Assembly: GCA_050949565.1 (NCBI GenBank)
Contig: JBMNFY010000017.1
Span: 1,536,001-1,600,000 of the forward strand
DNA from: Kiritimatiellia bacterium
GTDB lineage: Bacteria > Verrucomicrobiota > Kiritimatiellia > RFP12 > UBA1067
Direction: 5' to 3'
DNA length: 64,000 nt
The notes beneath the pieces were generated by a model. The model was not told the origin of the DNA. It did not search any database and worked only from the letters and a program-made list of their open reading frames with translations. Position 1 is the stretch's first letter, and every line of letters begins with the position of its first letter. The translations under genes were made by a program, and so were the position numbers. Positions 9,700 through 24,500 of the stretch are shown piece after piece.

Positions 9700-10204
9700 C
9701 TATCGCACTATCGAAAACACCAACAGGGCATCGCCATGGCGGATGTAGAGCCGTCCACCGGCGATCACCGGATGGGGCCAATGCGCACCATTGCCGCGAT
9801 CGATCTTCACGGTGCCGACCAGTTCACCGCCATCCGGCCCGGCTCGGACCAGTCCCACCACGCCCTTTGACCCATAATAGCTCTTGCTCCATTCCTCTCC
9901 ATAGGCTATCCGCTGTTGCAGGTTGCCATCGAGGTCGAACACGGAAACGAAGCCCTCCTTGCTGCCCCGGGGTAAGCCCATCGCGTAAATCCTGCTGTCG
10001 ACCACGGTCACCGAGGAATAGCCGTCTCCCAGCCCATCCGCCACCCACAGCCGCTTGGGGCCGTTTTCACCCCAGGTTTTCAGAAGACCGGTCTCCGGCG
10101 AGTGGCCGTCCCGATTCAACCCGCGCCATTGGGGGCCAGTCCGCGCCAAGACCAACAACCACCAGACCAAGGAGCACGCCAAGCATCGCCAGACATCGTT
10201 TCAT
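9700..10204 (-). pseudogene. PQQ-binding-like beta-propeller protein, internally deleted and frameshifted
   Basis: Signal MKRCLAMLG..GA-DW is out of frame with PQWRG because of an extra base in the G5 run at 10131-10135. The N-terminal blade is joined directly to the C-terminal WPHPVIAGGRLYIR. Confidence 0.75.
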
Positions 10205-10226
10205 GTCGTCCGCTTGCATCGTCAGA

Positions 10227-11171
10227 TTAACCGCACGCACAGGCTAGTTGTTGGGTGATATACCTCTCCCGTTCTTCCAAGAGCATCAACTGTTCCTGCT
10301 TCGGTTCGAGTCCGTGATTGTGCGTCTGGAGGTTCGCCGGAAAATTGAATATCAGTGCCTCAACCACTGATCTGCGGTTTTCAATCTTGCCACCGGAGTG
10401 ATAGAAATGATCTCTGGTCACCACATTGAACTTTCCCCACAATTTATCGATGAATGGATTGGCTCTGTAGTCATTATGGTGCCACGTGGACATGATAAAC
10501 CGAGCAGGGGTTACCGAAAGTAGCTCATACAACTGGTATTCGTCGGCTTCCGTCCACCCGCTGTAATAGTCAACATACCTTCCTATATATGGGGGGTCGC
10601 AATAAATAATATCATCCGCTGTTGCCTCCGTAATGATCTCCTCGAATGAAGCTACGCGAAATACCCAGTCAGGCTTCATCAGGCACGCAACATTGCGAAC
10701 CTGATTCACTATCTTGGTGATATATGCTGGAGCAAATCGCTCCGGTTTTTGGCAAAAGGGAATATTCCATTCTCCCTTGCGGTTGAAACGCATCATCCCA
10801 TTAAAACCTGCTCGTGACAAAAATAGAAAGTCCAGAGGGTCAAACTGCTTGTTGAAACGATCTCTGACCACTCGGAAATGCGCATACCCCTGCTCTGCCG
10901 CGCTCTCCAATAGCTTCCCTTCCCGCTCCAAAAACACCCGTACGGATGTTGGCGTAATGCGCCCATTACTGACTGCCTGGTAAAAGCCGATTATATGGGG
11001 GTTGATGTCGCCGAGCAACGCTCGGCGGAATCCAGAGTTAAATGCTACAACACCTGTTCCGAGAAAGGGCTCAATCCAACGGCCTTTTACTGCGGGGACG
11101 AGAGCCTGAATCCAAGGAACGAGCTTTGTCTTGATCCCCTGACTTTTGATTGGTGGAACTAAAATTCGCAT
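10227..11171 (-). CDS. Dam-family N6-adenine DNA methyltransferase, M.EcoRV-like
   Basis: VPPIKSQGIKTKLVP N-terminus as in M.EcoRV; EPFLGTGVV and DPPY motifs. Confidence 0.92.
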   Translation of the reverse strand: MRILVPPIKSQGIKTKLVPWIQALVPAVKGRWIEPFLGTGVVAFNSGFRRALLGDINPHIIGFYQAVSNGRITPTSVRVFLEREGKLLESAAEQGYAHFRVVRDRFNKQFDPLDFLFLSRAGFNGMMRFNRKGEWNIPFCQKPERFAPAYITKIVNQVRNVACLMKPDWVFRVASFEEIITEATADDIIYCDPPYIGRYVDYYSGWTEADEYQLYELLSVTPARFIMSTWHHNDYRANPFIDKLWGKFNVVTRDHFYHSGGKIENRRSVVEALIFNFPANLQTHNHGLEPKQEQLMLLEERERYITQQLACACG

Positions 11172-12096
11172 CCGGCCTCTCCTTTCCTGTTCTTTTCTTT
11201 GTCTTGATCTCGACGATCTTGGATTTGTCTCCCTTTTTAAACTCCAGAAAATCTGAAATTGACTTGATGGGGACTGCTTTCCTTTTTTTGATCATCGTAG
11301 TAACACCATAATTCATCCAATATTCATCGAACCATTCCTCTCCCAACTTGGAAAAAACGCCGTTACCCGCGAGAATATCATCGATGTACGTAATAGAGCC
11401 TATATTGGCAGTGTTGCCGGAACCCTGTTTATCACTGGCCAGCTTCCATTTTTCGCAAGCAAAAAATTTGAAGTCCTTTACGACAGAGGCGATGGAACGG
11501 AGGTTGTCGACCGCCGTAACCTTATACTTTGCCCCTGTTTTGTTTTCCTCATCTGCCAACTCTCTTACCCGGATGATTTCCGTCTCGTCAATATCCTTTG
11601 CTTCTGCTCGGGTGTAGATGATACCAAGGCAGAAATGGCCAGAATATTGAGCATACGGAAATTGAATGTTTTTTGTTGACGTGCGCTCCCTGAAATAAGC
11701 GCCATGGCTACCAAGCGTGAACCCGTTAACATGACCCGGGAAGTTAGGATCCCGATACGTTGTTTTTAAATCAACGGCAAACTTGACTGTTTGATCGTCG
11801 TTTTTGACGAAACTGAAATCTGGATACCAATTCTGGCATTCTGCAAGAACAATCGAGTAACCATTATTCCGGGCAAACTGGAGAATACGGGGAAAAAGAT
11901 GGATTTCAAGAACCTTGGAAATGATTTTTGTGTCAGAACTGATTGTATAGATGTTTTTGAATATGTCTATAAACCCTTTGACAGTCCATTGCCCGTCCTC
12001 GCTGGCAACATAACTTCCTAACTCTTTGACGAAGTCAGAAAGTGCTTTCGCGAACGCCTCCTTATCGGCGGGGCATGTTTTCTTGTTTGCCATCAT
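11071..12096 (-). CDS. type II restriction endonuclease, EcoRV family
   Basis: QNWYPDF..AVDLKTTY (PD..DxK), FTLGS, KNIQFPY and GSGNTANIGS recognition loop (EcoRV has GSGNTTNIGS). Confidence 0.9.
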   Translation of the reverse strand: MMANKKTCPADKEAFAKALSDFVKELGSYVASEDGQWTVKGFIDIFKNIYTISSDTKIISKVLEIHLFPRILQFARNNGYSIVLAECQNWYPDFSFVKNDDQTVKFAVDLKTTYRDPNFPGHVNGFTLGSHGAYFRERTSTKNIQFPYAQYSGHFCLGIIYTRAEAKDIDETEIIRVRELADEENKTGAKYKVTAVDNLRSIASVVKDFKFFACEKWKLASDKQGSGNTANIGSITYIDDILAGNGVFSKLGEEWFDEYWMNYGVTTMIKKRKAVPIKSISDFLEFKKGDKSKIVEIKTKKRTGKERPDANFSSTNQKSGDQDKARSLDSGSRPRSKRPLD

Positions 12097-12181
12097 TTTT
12101 CCCTATCCTGAGGTCTTGACGCGCTAACGCGCTGAGCGTTACGTGGCTACGACCGCGGCCTCATCCACATCGTCTCTTCCT

Positions 12182-12285
12182 ACGTTCAACTTCCAATTCC
12201 CGGCCCCCAAGTATAGCCCATCGGAACTTGGAATTCACTCGCAATTTCCTCCCACTTGAATGTTAGTGGTTGGGAGTTGAACGTT
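12182..12285. repeat. inverted pair of 7-bp-periodic tracts
   Basis: ACGTTCAACTTCCAA at 12182 pairs with TTGGGAGTTGAACGT near 12271-12285. Confidence 0.6.
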
Positions 12286-12297
12286 GGAGCGCTTTTC

Positions 12298-14308
12298 TCA
12301 CCCGATGATTTTGCCGCCTTTTTTTGTAACTCCTTCCAGTTGATCCAGCACCTCCATCAAGCAGCGCTTCCTACGGTTTTTCGCCCGCAGTTCGGCGATC
12401 AGCGCGGTCCATTCAGGCTCCCGACCCAAACGGACGTACACCGCCTTCATTTTTTCGAGATAGCCTTCCGCGACCTCATAAGCCGCCGGATTGACTTGCG
12501 CAATCGCTCCCTCCGCCAGTCGTCGCCAAATGTCCAGAGCGGCGTCGGGGTGCGTCTCCTGCACCGCCTGCGCCACGGACGTTTCCAGTCCGCCACAATA
12601 GCTGTATCCCGGGCCGAAAACACCTCTGGGGGCGCGCGCCAGCCACGCCAGCGCGTCGTCATGGCGCTTTTCATGGAGCGCGATCTCAATCAACACATGA
12701 CTATCGGGGAAAATCGAGTACCTCTTTCTGCTTTTTACAGTATCCACCCCCGTGTCGGGCAGGGGCCATTGCGGTTTTTGTTCTCGGAACTGCGGGTGCG
12801 GCGCTTTTGCGTCCGCGCGCGCCTCTGGCCTTTGGGGGATCGGGCGGACGATCCGGTCGTATCCCTGTCTCCAGCCAGCGCAACACGCCGGCGCGCACCG
12901 TCTCCCAGAAACCGAGCGGCGCGGTTGCCTTTTCAAGGTCTTTGTACGCCGCCAAACTCGGAGCGTCAAAAAACTCGGCCGCGCAGAATGCCGCGACAAG
13001 CGGGCGGTCTTTTTTTTGCCGCGCACGTTCGTGAAGCCGCTGCCTCAGCTCTTGCGCAATGCCCGGCCACTTTTCCAGAGTTGCCGCGATTCCTTGGCGA
13101 CACCACATTTCGGCCTCGTCGTGCAAGCCCAGCGACGAGAGATGATCGACCAACTGGGTGTAGCACTGCGTGAACGCCACCTCGCGCCGCAGCAGGTCAG
13201 TTATTTCGTCTGTGCGGTCAGCCCGCGCCAGCGCGTTGTACGCAGCGTTCATGATCTGCCTTCGCTCATGCTGTGCGGAATACGAGTCGGCGTCTGCTTT
13301 TGAACCGGGCTTGCCTTGCGGCACCGGAGGCACCTGCTTCAGCAGGTTATCCGCCACTTCCGACCAGACGGCAGCCGGAAAGGTCTCGTCATCCTGCCAC
13401 AGGCTCGGCAGTCCGTCGAAAACGCCGTAGTCATCCTGCAACAGCGCACGTTGTTCCCACAGCAACTTGTCCGCATCCGACATCGACGACCGCGCCAGTG
13501 CGCGGAACACGATATCCATGCAGCTTGCCACCTCCTGCCCCGTCTCGCCCTCGTCGTCGGACTCGCTGATCTGACTCAATCCGGCGGCGGCGAGTTCTTC
13601 GCCCAGCGCAACGACCTCGTCGGCATGGCCGGCCTTGAGCAGCGCCTCCAAGCGCTCGCGCACAGGCGTATAGTCCGGGGTGTATGATTCGTGCGACCAG
13701 TGCCGGCTCCAGCCAGGCTCGGCCGAGGCCTTCTTAATGGCACGGCGGGCCGATTTCACGAGCCCCGCCACATCCGCGACCGCCACTTCCGCCTGATCCG
13801 TCAATCGCTTCCTCAGCGCAGGAAACGCGACCATCGCATCTTTGATAAGGCTCAGCAACTCGTCCTTGGACAGTCGCCTCAGATAGACATCCACCACGTC
13901 TTTTTTCTCTGCCCGTCGTGGCGGAGGCGCGACCTCATCCACATCGTCGTCATCCTCAAAGTCGTCAAAGTCCGCAAGCTCTTCCAGGCGCTCGTCATCG
14001 GCTTCTGCGACGGGTACGCTTTTCCTCGCTTTCACCGCCTCAAGATAGACCAATATCGTAGCGACCGCGTGCTTACATGCTGTACCATAGGGACAGGTGC
14101 AGACCGAGTCCGGTTTGCCCTTCTGCGGCAGGCTGACGACGGTCGCGTACTGCTCACTACCGTTGACCCAGGCAAGCAACCGACCATCCGCCGTCACACA
14201 CAGATCCTCGACATTCCCGCGATACGACTTCCCTCGCGCGACCACCCGCGATCCGGCCCAGGCGTTCAGATCCTCCCAGGTGAGATCCTCAAATTTGATG
14301 TCTGACAT
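12298..14308 (-). pseudogene. SWIM zinc-finger domain protein with one frameshift near 12770-12850
   Basis: CTCPYGTACKH SWIM motif. The coding sense continues in the overlapping frame (WPLPDTG..VLIEIALHEKR..AYEVA). Confidence 0.75.
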
Positions 14309-14332
14309 AACCTTCTCGGCCAAGTTGCAGTT

Positions 14333-14400
14333 GATTTCGATGCCGATCCCGATAGCGATAGCGATCCCGAAAAAACTCCTAAATCCTAACTCCTAAATTC
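14333..14400. repeat. 6-bp-periodic (GATCCC/GATAGC) tract plus 7-bp-periodic (CTCCTAA/ATCCTAA) tract
   Basis: Same units recur at 7772-7802, 29190-29220, 51578-51604 and 51915-51941. Confidence 0.75.
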
Positions 14401-14407
14401 TCCCTGC

Positions 14408-17836
<3,429 letters not shown>

Positions 17837-17841
17837 ACACA

Positions 17842-19101
17842 TTACCTGCGGTCGATCAGTGCCTTCATCTCCGGCGTGATCTCGAGAATTTCAAAGTCCT
17901 TGAACCACATCTCGACGTTGGCGCTGCCGTGAAGCTGCAAGCCCACCTTGCCGCTCTTTTCGCAGAGCGGGTCGATGATGTCGATGGTGCGCTGGCCGTT
18001 TAAAATCTCGACGATGCGGTCACCATAAGCCACCGTGCAGGTGGTGTTCCACCCCTCTTTATTACGGACTTTGAGGATAAATTCATCGTTCTGCGCGACC
18101 CAGCCGCGTCCCGGTGTCTTGTCGCCGGCCGTATGCCACAGCGCTGAATCCTTGGCACCGCCCGCGATTTCATTCTGGAAGCCCTTAAGCAGCCACGGCG
18201 TATTGACCTCTTCCGCGCGGAAATAAAGTGCGCTGTTGCCGCCGAAGAGCTGGTAGCTCACCCGCACGATGAAATCGCTGTACACTTTGTCCGAAACCAC
18301 CAGCCCGTCGCGCTTCTCGTTCGCGCGGTGCTTGCCGACCAGCACGCCGTCATCGCGGAACGACCAGTCGTCCGGCAGCACAAAGCGCGCGTGCTGCAAC
18401 TTGTACGCGCCATCCGCGCCCTTGGCGAAGAACGGCGTCCACTGGCTGGTGCCCAGTTCTTTGATGCGGATATTGCGCCAGCGCGCGCAGACCTTGCCGT
18501 CAGGCTCCTTGACCGCGTGTACTTGCAGACCGATGAAGCCGGAGAAGCTTTCGCTGTCGAAGAAATTCACAACCGGCACGCCATTCAGCCAGGTGCGGAT
18601 CGACGGCCCGACGCACTGGATCTCAAGGTTGTTCCAGTCGCCCCGCTTGTAGGCGGCGGCCGAACGCGCGATCACGTCGGGCTCGGTGTTGTCCAGCCAG
18701 GTGCGCCCGAACTTGAAGCCGCGCCGGCCTTCATCGTAGATGCGCGCGGTCACATTGGGATCGCCCGCGATTTCGGCCTGATAGCCGAAGACCGACTCCG
18801 TTTTGTCTGCATGCTGACGCGCGGCGGAACGGAACTGCACACCCGAGTTGCCGCTTTCCAGCTTAAACTCAAGCCGCAGGATAAAATCGCCGTACGACCG
18901 TTTCGTGCAGAGGAAGGTGTTGCGGCCCGCATCATTGACCCGCCCGGCGATCGTGCCATCCTCCACCGCATAGGTGGATTGTCCGCCGCGACGCTCCCAG
19001 CCCTCCAGCGTCTTGCCGTCGAACAGCGATACAAAACCCTCTTCCGCGCCCAGTGCAACCATGCCTGCCAGCGCCAATCCTCCAGCTATCCATGCTTTCA
19101 T
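17842..19101 (-). CDS. DUF1080 (3-keto-disaccharide hydrolase-like) protein, two domains
   Basis: SLFDGKTLEGW, NSGVQFR, GYQAEI and GFIGLQVH; second domain has NSALYFR and GKVGLQLHG. Confidence 0.88.
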   Translation of the reverse strand: MKAWIAGGLALAGMVALGAEEGFVSLFDGKTLEGWERRGGQSTYAVEDGTIAGRVNDAGRNTFLCTKRSYGDFILRLEFKLESGNSGVQFRSAARQHADKTESVFGYQAEIAGDPNVTARIYDEGRRGFKFGRTWLDNTEPDVIARSAAAYKRGDWNNLEIQCVGPSIRTWLNGVPVVNFFDSESFSGFIGLQVHAVKEPDGKVCARWRNIRIKELGTSQWTPFFAKGADGAYKLQHARFVLPDDWSFRDDGVLVGKHRANEKRDGLVVSDKVYSDFIVRVSYQLFGGNSALYFRAEEVNTPWLLKGFQNEIAGGAKDSALWHTAGDKTPGRGWVAQNDEFILKVRNKEGWNTTCTVAYGDRIVEILNGQRTIDIIDPLCEKSGKVGLQLHGSANVEMWFKDFEILEITPEMKALIDRR

Positions 19102-19149
19102 CTGATCTCCTCCGTCTCTTTAGTACCTTACCGGTCGATAAGACCGATA

Positions 19150-19246
19150 CAAAACAAGTTGTTTCTCACACAAAGACACGAAGGGCACTAAGGGGAATAG
19201 GTTGTCGTGAAAAAACCTTTGTGTCCTTTGAGCCTTTGTGTGAGAT
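19150..19246. repeat. ~95-bp palindromic element (copy of 1405-1500)
   Basis: CAAAACAAGTTGTTTCTCACACAAAGACACGAAGGGCAC...CCTTTGTGTGAGAT. Confidence 0.85.
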
Positions 19247-19278
19247 CGAATTGAGTTGCGGGCTCCGCCCGCATTGGT

Positions 19279-20649
19279 TCATACCCGCAGTTTGAAGCCG
19301 TCACGCTGCGCGGAGGCGAGCCAACGATTGGCCTCCGCATGATTCGTGAAGCGCGCGCGGCGTGCGTCCCACTTCAGTTCCGTGCCTGGGAAGCGCAGCG
19401 CAATGCACCCCAGCAGCAACACCTGCGTCATGGGTGCCGAATACTCGAAGTTGCTGCCCGGCTTCTTCAGGTCGCCAGCCTTGCACGCCTCGACCCATTG
19501 TCCGTAGTGGTTGCAACCCTGCGTTTTCTTCAGCTCCTCGCGCCAGACGCGCTCGGCGTCTTTGACCGCCGGGCTGTAAGCCTCCTTGCCCAGCGCGATC
19601 GGCATCGGCGGCGACGCATGGGACCCGCCCATAGCCGTCATCTTCGAACCGACAATCAGGCAGCCGTTGGTGCCCAGCTTGATCTGCGGATGGGCGTTCT
19701 CGGGGCGCTCCGGCAGCTTTTTGCCGTCGTACCAAACGACCTTGATGCCCTTGGGACAAACCGGCGTGGCCGGGAAGGTCAACTCAATGATCGACCACTC
19801 AGGATACGCGATACCGGCCGGAGTCGAGGCTTCGGCCTTGATCGATGTCGGCATGCCGAGCTGCAGAATCCAGAAGGCCGGGTCCATGTTGTGGCAGGCC
19901 ATGTCGCCGATAGCACCACAACCGAAATCCCACCAGCCGCGCCACTTGAAGGGCGCGTACGCGCCGGAGAAGGGCCGCATCTCCGCCGGACCGATCCAGC
20001 ACTCCCAGTCAAATCCTTCCGGCGTCTGCTCGGGCGCGGGCGGTTGTGTCATGCCCTGCGGCCAGATCGGGCGGTCCGACCATGTATGCACCTGTTCGAT
20101 CTCGCCGAACGCGCCCGCATCCATCATCTTCTTCCAAAGAATCAGCCCAGCGCCCGCATGGCCTTGGTTGCCCATCTGCGTGACAACCTTGTATTTGCGT
20201 GCGGCATCGAGCAGCAACTGGCACTCTTCATAGGTGCGCGCCAGCGGCTTCTGGACATAGACGTGCTTGCCGCGCCGCATGGCGTCCAGCGCGATGCAGG
20301 CGTGCGTGTGGTCCGGCGTCGAGATGACCACACCGTCGATCTCTTTTTCCAGTCGGTCGAGCATCTTGCGGTAGTCGGTGAATTTCGGCACGTCGGGATA
20401 TTTCTTATAGGCGCCTTCCGCCCGTTTGGGATCGGTATCGCACAGGCCAACCACGATGCCGCCCGCGCCCGTTGTGCTATTGAGGTCGCCACCGCCCATG
20501 CCGCCGCAACCGACTTTGGCAAAACGGAACTGGCCGCTCGGCGGTGCGGAGACCGCTTGACCAAGCACGCGTGAGGCCGGTATCATAAATCCGGCGGCCG
20601 CACTGGCGCTGAGAAAATGACGACGTGAAACACGATGCTGACGGTTCAT
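19279..20649 (-). CDS. Gfo/Idh/MocA oxidoreductase with Tat signal
   Basis: SRRHFL, VGCGGMG, STPDHTHA, YVQKPL, WRGWWDFGCGAIGDMACH. Confidence 0.92.
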   Translation of the reverse strand: MNRQHRVSRRHFLSASAAAGFMIPASRVLGQAVSAPPSGQFRFAKVGCGGMGGGDLNSTTGAGGIVVGLCDTDPKRAEGAYKKYPDVPKFTDYRKMLDRLEKEIDGVVISTPDHTHACIALDAMRRGKHVYVQKPLARTYEECQLLLDAARKYKVVTQMGNQGHAGAGLILWKKMMDAGAFGEIEQVHTWSDRPIWPQGMTQPPAPEQTPEGFDWECWIGPAEMRPFSGAYAPFKWRGWWDFGCGAIGDMACHNMDPAFWILQLGMPTSIKAEASTPAGIAYPEWSIIELTFPATPVCPKGIKVVWYDGKKLPERPENAHPQIKLGTNGCLIVGSKMTAMGGSHASPPMPIALGKEAYSPAVKDAERVWREELKKTQGCNHYGQWVEACKAGDLKKPGSNFEYSAPMTQVLLLGCIALRFPGTELKWDARRARFTNHAEANRWLASAQRDGFKLRV

Positions 20650-20674
20650 ACCCTGTGTCCTTCCTTATCTGTTA

Positions 20675-20758
20675 GAGGCTCTTGCAAAACCCCTCGTGGC
20701 ATGGGCGTCCCGCCCATGAACACGGGCAAGATGCCCGTGCCACATCTGCAAGAGCCTC
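20675..20758. repeat. REPIN/MITE-like palindromic element, copy 3 (core inverted)
   Basis: GAGGCTCTTGCA...TGCAAGAGCCTC ends; overlaps the stop codon of the upstream gene. Confidence 0.85.
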
Positions 20759-21377
20759 ATGTTAGTCTGTTTCCGTTTCCAATGATTTCGACAATCTCGG
20801 CCCACGAAGCCGAGCGCCGCATGTTTGCCGTCGGCGCGTAGCGGCTGTTCCATGGACGATCATAGATGATCACCAAACAGTCACGACGCGGGACGAGTAA
20901 ATCCAGTGCAGTCGGCGAATCTTCAATCGCCACATCAAAATGTTGCGCCGCAAAGGCGTCGAGATCCAGCGTTTGCGGCTCCGTGTCAGCGGTGCGATGC
21001 CTGTCGGCACGACCGTACTTATCGACATGCAGCAACCCCAGATGCGACAGCTCGTATTTGCGCAGCCAGTCGCGTGATCCTCGGTGACTGGCTGCCGGAC
21101 GCCCCGTGACAACCACCAGTTCACAGCCGCGCGACTCCAGCGCGCGCACGCCCTCTAGGCTACCGGGCGCAGGCGTCAGGTCTGCGAGAAAATCATCGCG
21201 GTGAGCGTGCTCCATCAACGCCGCGATCTCCGCATCCGACAATGAAAACGCATGCTGCAGGTTAAAACTGGAAATGGCCTCATACGGCACCTGCCGACCG
21301 AACAGCTCACGTGCCAAATCTGACATGTGCCGTGCGGTCTCGCACAGCACGTCATCAAAATCAATGTAAACCCGCAT
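20757..21377 (-). CDS. HAD-superfamily 5'(3')-nucleotidase-like (NT5C type) protein
   Basis: IDFDDVL, VTGRP, IEDSP, RPWN. Confidence 0.75.
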   Translation of the reverse strand: MRVYIDFDDVLCETARHMSDLARELFGRQVPYEAISSFNLQHAFSLSDAEIAALMEHAHRDDFLADLTPAPGSLEGVRALESRGCELVVVTGRPAASHRGSRDWLRKYELSHLGLLHVDKYGRADRHRTADTEPQTLDLDAFAAQHFDVAIEDSPTALDLLVPRRDCLVIIYDRPWNSRYAPTANMRRSASWAEIVEIIGNGNRLT

Positions 21378-21535
21378 GGAGATACAGTATCACAATCACG
21401 TTCCGGCGCAAAGCGTTTGGCATGGCGCGCGCGGGTTTTTTATCCACAGATTTGCACAGATTACGCTGGGCTTTACACCTGAACTCGCTTCTGACATAAT
21501 CCCCGTTGTTAAGCTTTTGTAAAGAGGAGCGGAGT

Positions 21536-24500
21536 ATGAGCGTACGCAGTAGTGGGTTTGCACAGGGAGTGATCGCGGCTTGCTTGGTGGGCATGGCCAT
21601 GAGTGTGCAAGCGGCGGAGTGGCCGGGCGGATCGTCCTTTACGATTCCGGCGGGGACGTCCGTAACGAATGCAACGGCCCAACCATCGATCAGTTGTTTC
21701 ACCAACAATGGCACGCTTACCTTTTTGCCCGGAGCGGAGGTGACGCTGACAGGTTCCGTGATAACCGCCATCGGCAGCGGCATGGACGCCTCCGGCGTTT
21801 TTGAGTGTCTGGGCGGAAAACTGGTGCACCAAGGGTCAGGATACTTCGTGGTCGGCCACGCGGGCGCCGTCGGCAGCATGACCATTGCGGCCGGAGCGGA
21901 GGTACGTATGCCACCCGGTCGTTTCTGCATCGCGCACAATGGCGGGGTGGCGTGAGCGACCGGCACGGGGCGACGTATCGGTGGCGGGGCTGCTCTCCGC
22001 AGATATTATCGAACTGACAGGGTATTTCCCGACAAACCTCGCGCCGCCTTATGTGCTCTCGGCGACGCTCGCGCTCGAAGAGGGCGGTGTAGTCGAAGCT
22101 GGATTGATCGGTAAGCACGATTGCGCACGCTCGGAGATTCGCTTCAACGGCGGTACCCTGCGGACACTGAAGGACACGACGTCGCTCTTTACCGGTCAAG
22201 GCATCGTGGACCTTGTCATCGCGGACAACACCGGCGCTGTTTTTGACACCAACGGCAAGACCGCCGTTATCACACCCGGCGTGTCGCCGGGGAGTGTCTG
22301 TCTGCGCGGCCAGACCAATGCGGCGGCGATAGGCAATGGCGGGCTGGTGAAAAAGGGAGAGGGCATGCTGGCGTTCCAACTGCCGCCTTCATGCAACACG
22401 TTTACCGGCGCGGTGACGGTTCTCGCGGGCGTGCTGGATTTGGGGCGTCCGCTGGCCGAGCACCAGACGGTGACGGTCTCGGAGGGCGCAAATTTCGTGG
22501 TGCGGGACGCCGCTGACCTTGCCAAAATCACCTACCTCGGACAAGGGGATGAGCGGATGACCTACACAGTCGCCGTCGACACCGACTCGCTGGACCTCAC
22601 CGCCGTGAATGATCGCTACCATGACGACCGCCTGGCCGGCCCGATTTCCGGGACGGCAACGCTCAGCAATGCCGTCACGCACGCGGCGGGCGACGCGGAC
22701 AATCCCTTCCGGCTGTTGGGACAGGGCAGCACGCTCAACCTGACCAACACGGGACTGGAGAGTGTGTTCCTGCAGATCGAAGGTAGCGGCACATTTAACT
22801 TTTTAGGCGACCGTATCTTCACCACCGCCGATGCCGGACGCCTGACCATCACCGATGGCGGCTACCGCCAAGATCGCGTGTTCACACTCGCCGATCCGAA
22901 TATCGACACGCCTGCCGTGCTGGCGTTGTCGAGCGGGCGATTTGTGGCTGCCACCAGCCTTGACGTGGGTGTGACCGGCTTCGCTCATTTTGCGGCGGAC
23001 GGGGCGGCGATTTCGGCCGGACGCATCAAGATAGGCGGCGGCACGGGATATGCCGGCACTTTTTCGCAGTCGGGCGGTACTGTGACGCTGAACACCGAAT
23101 CGTATGTGGGCGCGGACGGCAGTACCGGCACGCTGCTGGTCACAGGCGGGCAGTTCATCGTCAACAGCAACCTGCGCATCGCCAGCAATCCAAGCGTCAA
23201 CACGGGTCTGCGGCCACAGGCCAGCGTCACGGTCAGTAATGCGCTGCTGCGCTGTAACGAGTTCCGCTTCAACTCATGGTGGCCGTTGGACGGCAGTGTC
23301 CGCACTGTAGAATCGGGTGTGCTGACGCTGCAAGAGGGGGGCGTGCTTGAAACGGCGTCGGTTTACAAAAATGACGACCCCATTGCAAGGGTGTTTTTTG
23401 AGGGGGGCCTCGTACGCGCACGTCAAAACCACTCGAAATTTTTCAATGCCGAGCAACCCTACGGCACGCTTGATGTCGTGGCCAGGTCCGGACACTCGAT
23501 CAACCTCGATACGCAGGGGTTCGATGTGACGATCCCGGATCCGCCCGGCACGATTATCTTCTCCGGCTCGGGCGGCTTGCGGAAGATGGGGACCGGCCGG
23601 TTGACCTTGGCAGCCGATCAGCTCAGCTATGCCGGTGATACCGAGGTCGTGGCGGGCGTGCTGCGCTTGGGCGAGCATCACCGGCTACCGCACGGCCCCG
23701 GCGCGGGACATATCCGCCTTGCGGCGGACGCGGTGCTGGACCTCAACGGCAAGGACGACATCGTGAACCGTTTAATCGGCAGGGGACGCGTGCTGAGCAC
23801 CAACGGCCCCGCCACGCTGGGCGTGCTGGCGGACGGCTCCGACGACACATGGGATCGTGCATGGTGCAGCGGAGCGGTCTCGATTGAGAAATACGGGACC
23901 GGCACGCTGACGCTCACTGCCCCGCAGGCGGTGCCGACAAATCTGACGGTCGCGGCGGGCACGGTCGTGCTCGCGCCCGCCCAAGGCTTTCCGTTCTACC
24001 GTTTCAAAGTTGAGGGCGTCAAAGATCCGGGCGTGGCCAACTCCATGCAGCTTTCCGAGATCGCGCTTTTCAATGAGGGGGTGGATGTCACGCCGAATCG
24101 GATCGGCATCGCCTATGACCCAACCGGCGGTACCGGCGGGAACCCCGAGATCAATGCATTCCCGGCTGGAGAAACACCGGAAAAGGCGGTCGACGGCATC
24201 GTGCCGCCCGATACGACCGTGAAGAGCAAGTGGCTGGATTTCCGCAGCAAGGCCTCCCGCAGCGCAGAAGACAAGGAGCGCGTCTGGCTGCGCATCGATT
24301 TCGCCTCGCCCCAGCCGATCACGCACTACAACTGGGCGACCGGCAATGACGCTGCAGATCGTGATCCTGCGGCATGGCGTCTGCAGGGCAGCCACGATGG
24401 CGAGACATGGGTCGATCTCGATGTGCAGAGCGGGTTCAACGCGACGAGCACACGGAATGCGTGGGTGTCACCCGACGGTTTTTCCGTAACCTCCGTTCAC

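Noticed and set aside
12159-12174. 16-bp match CCTCATCCACATCGTC with ~13933
   Set aside because: Single short match with no structural context; likely chance or a small remnant.
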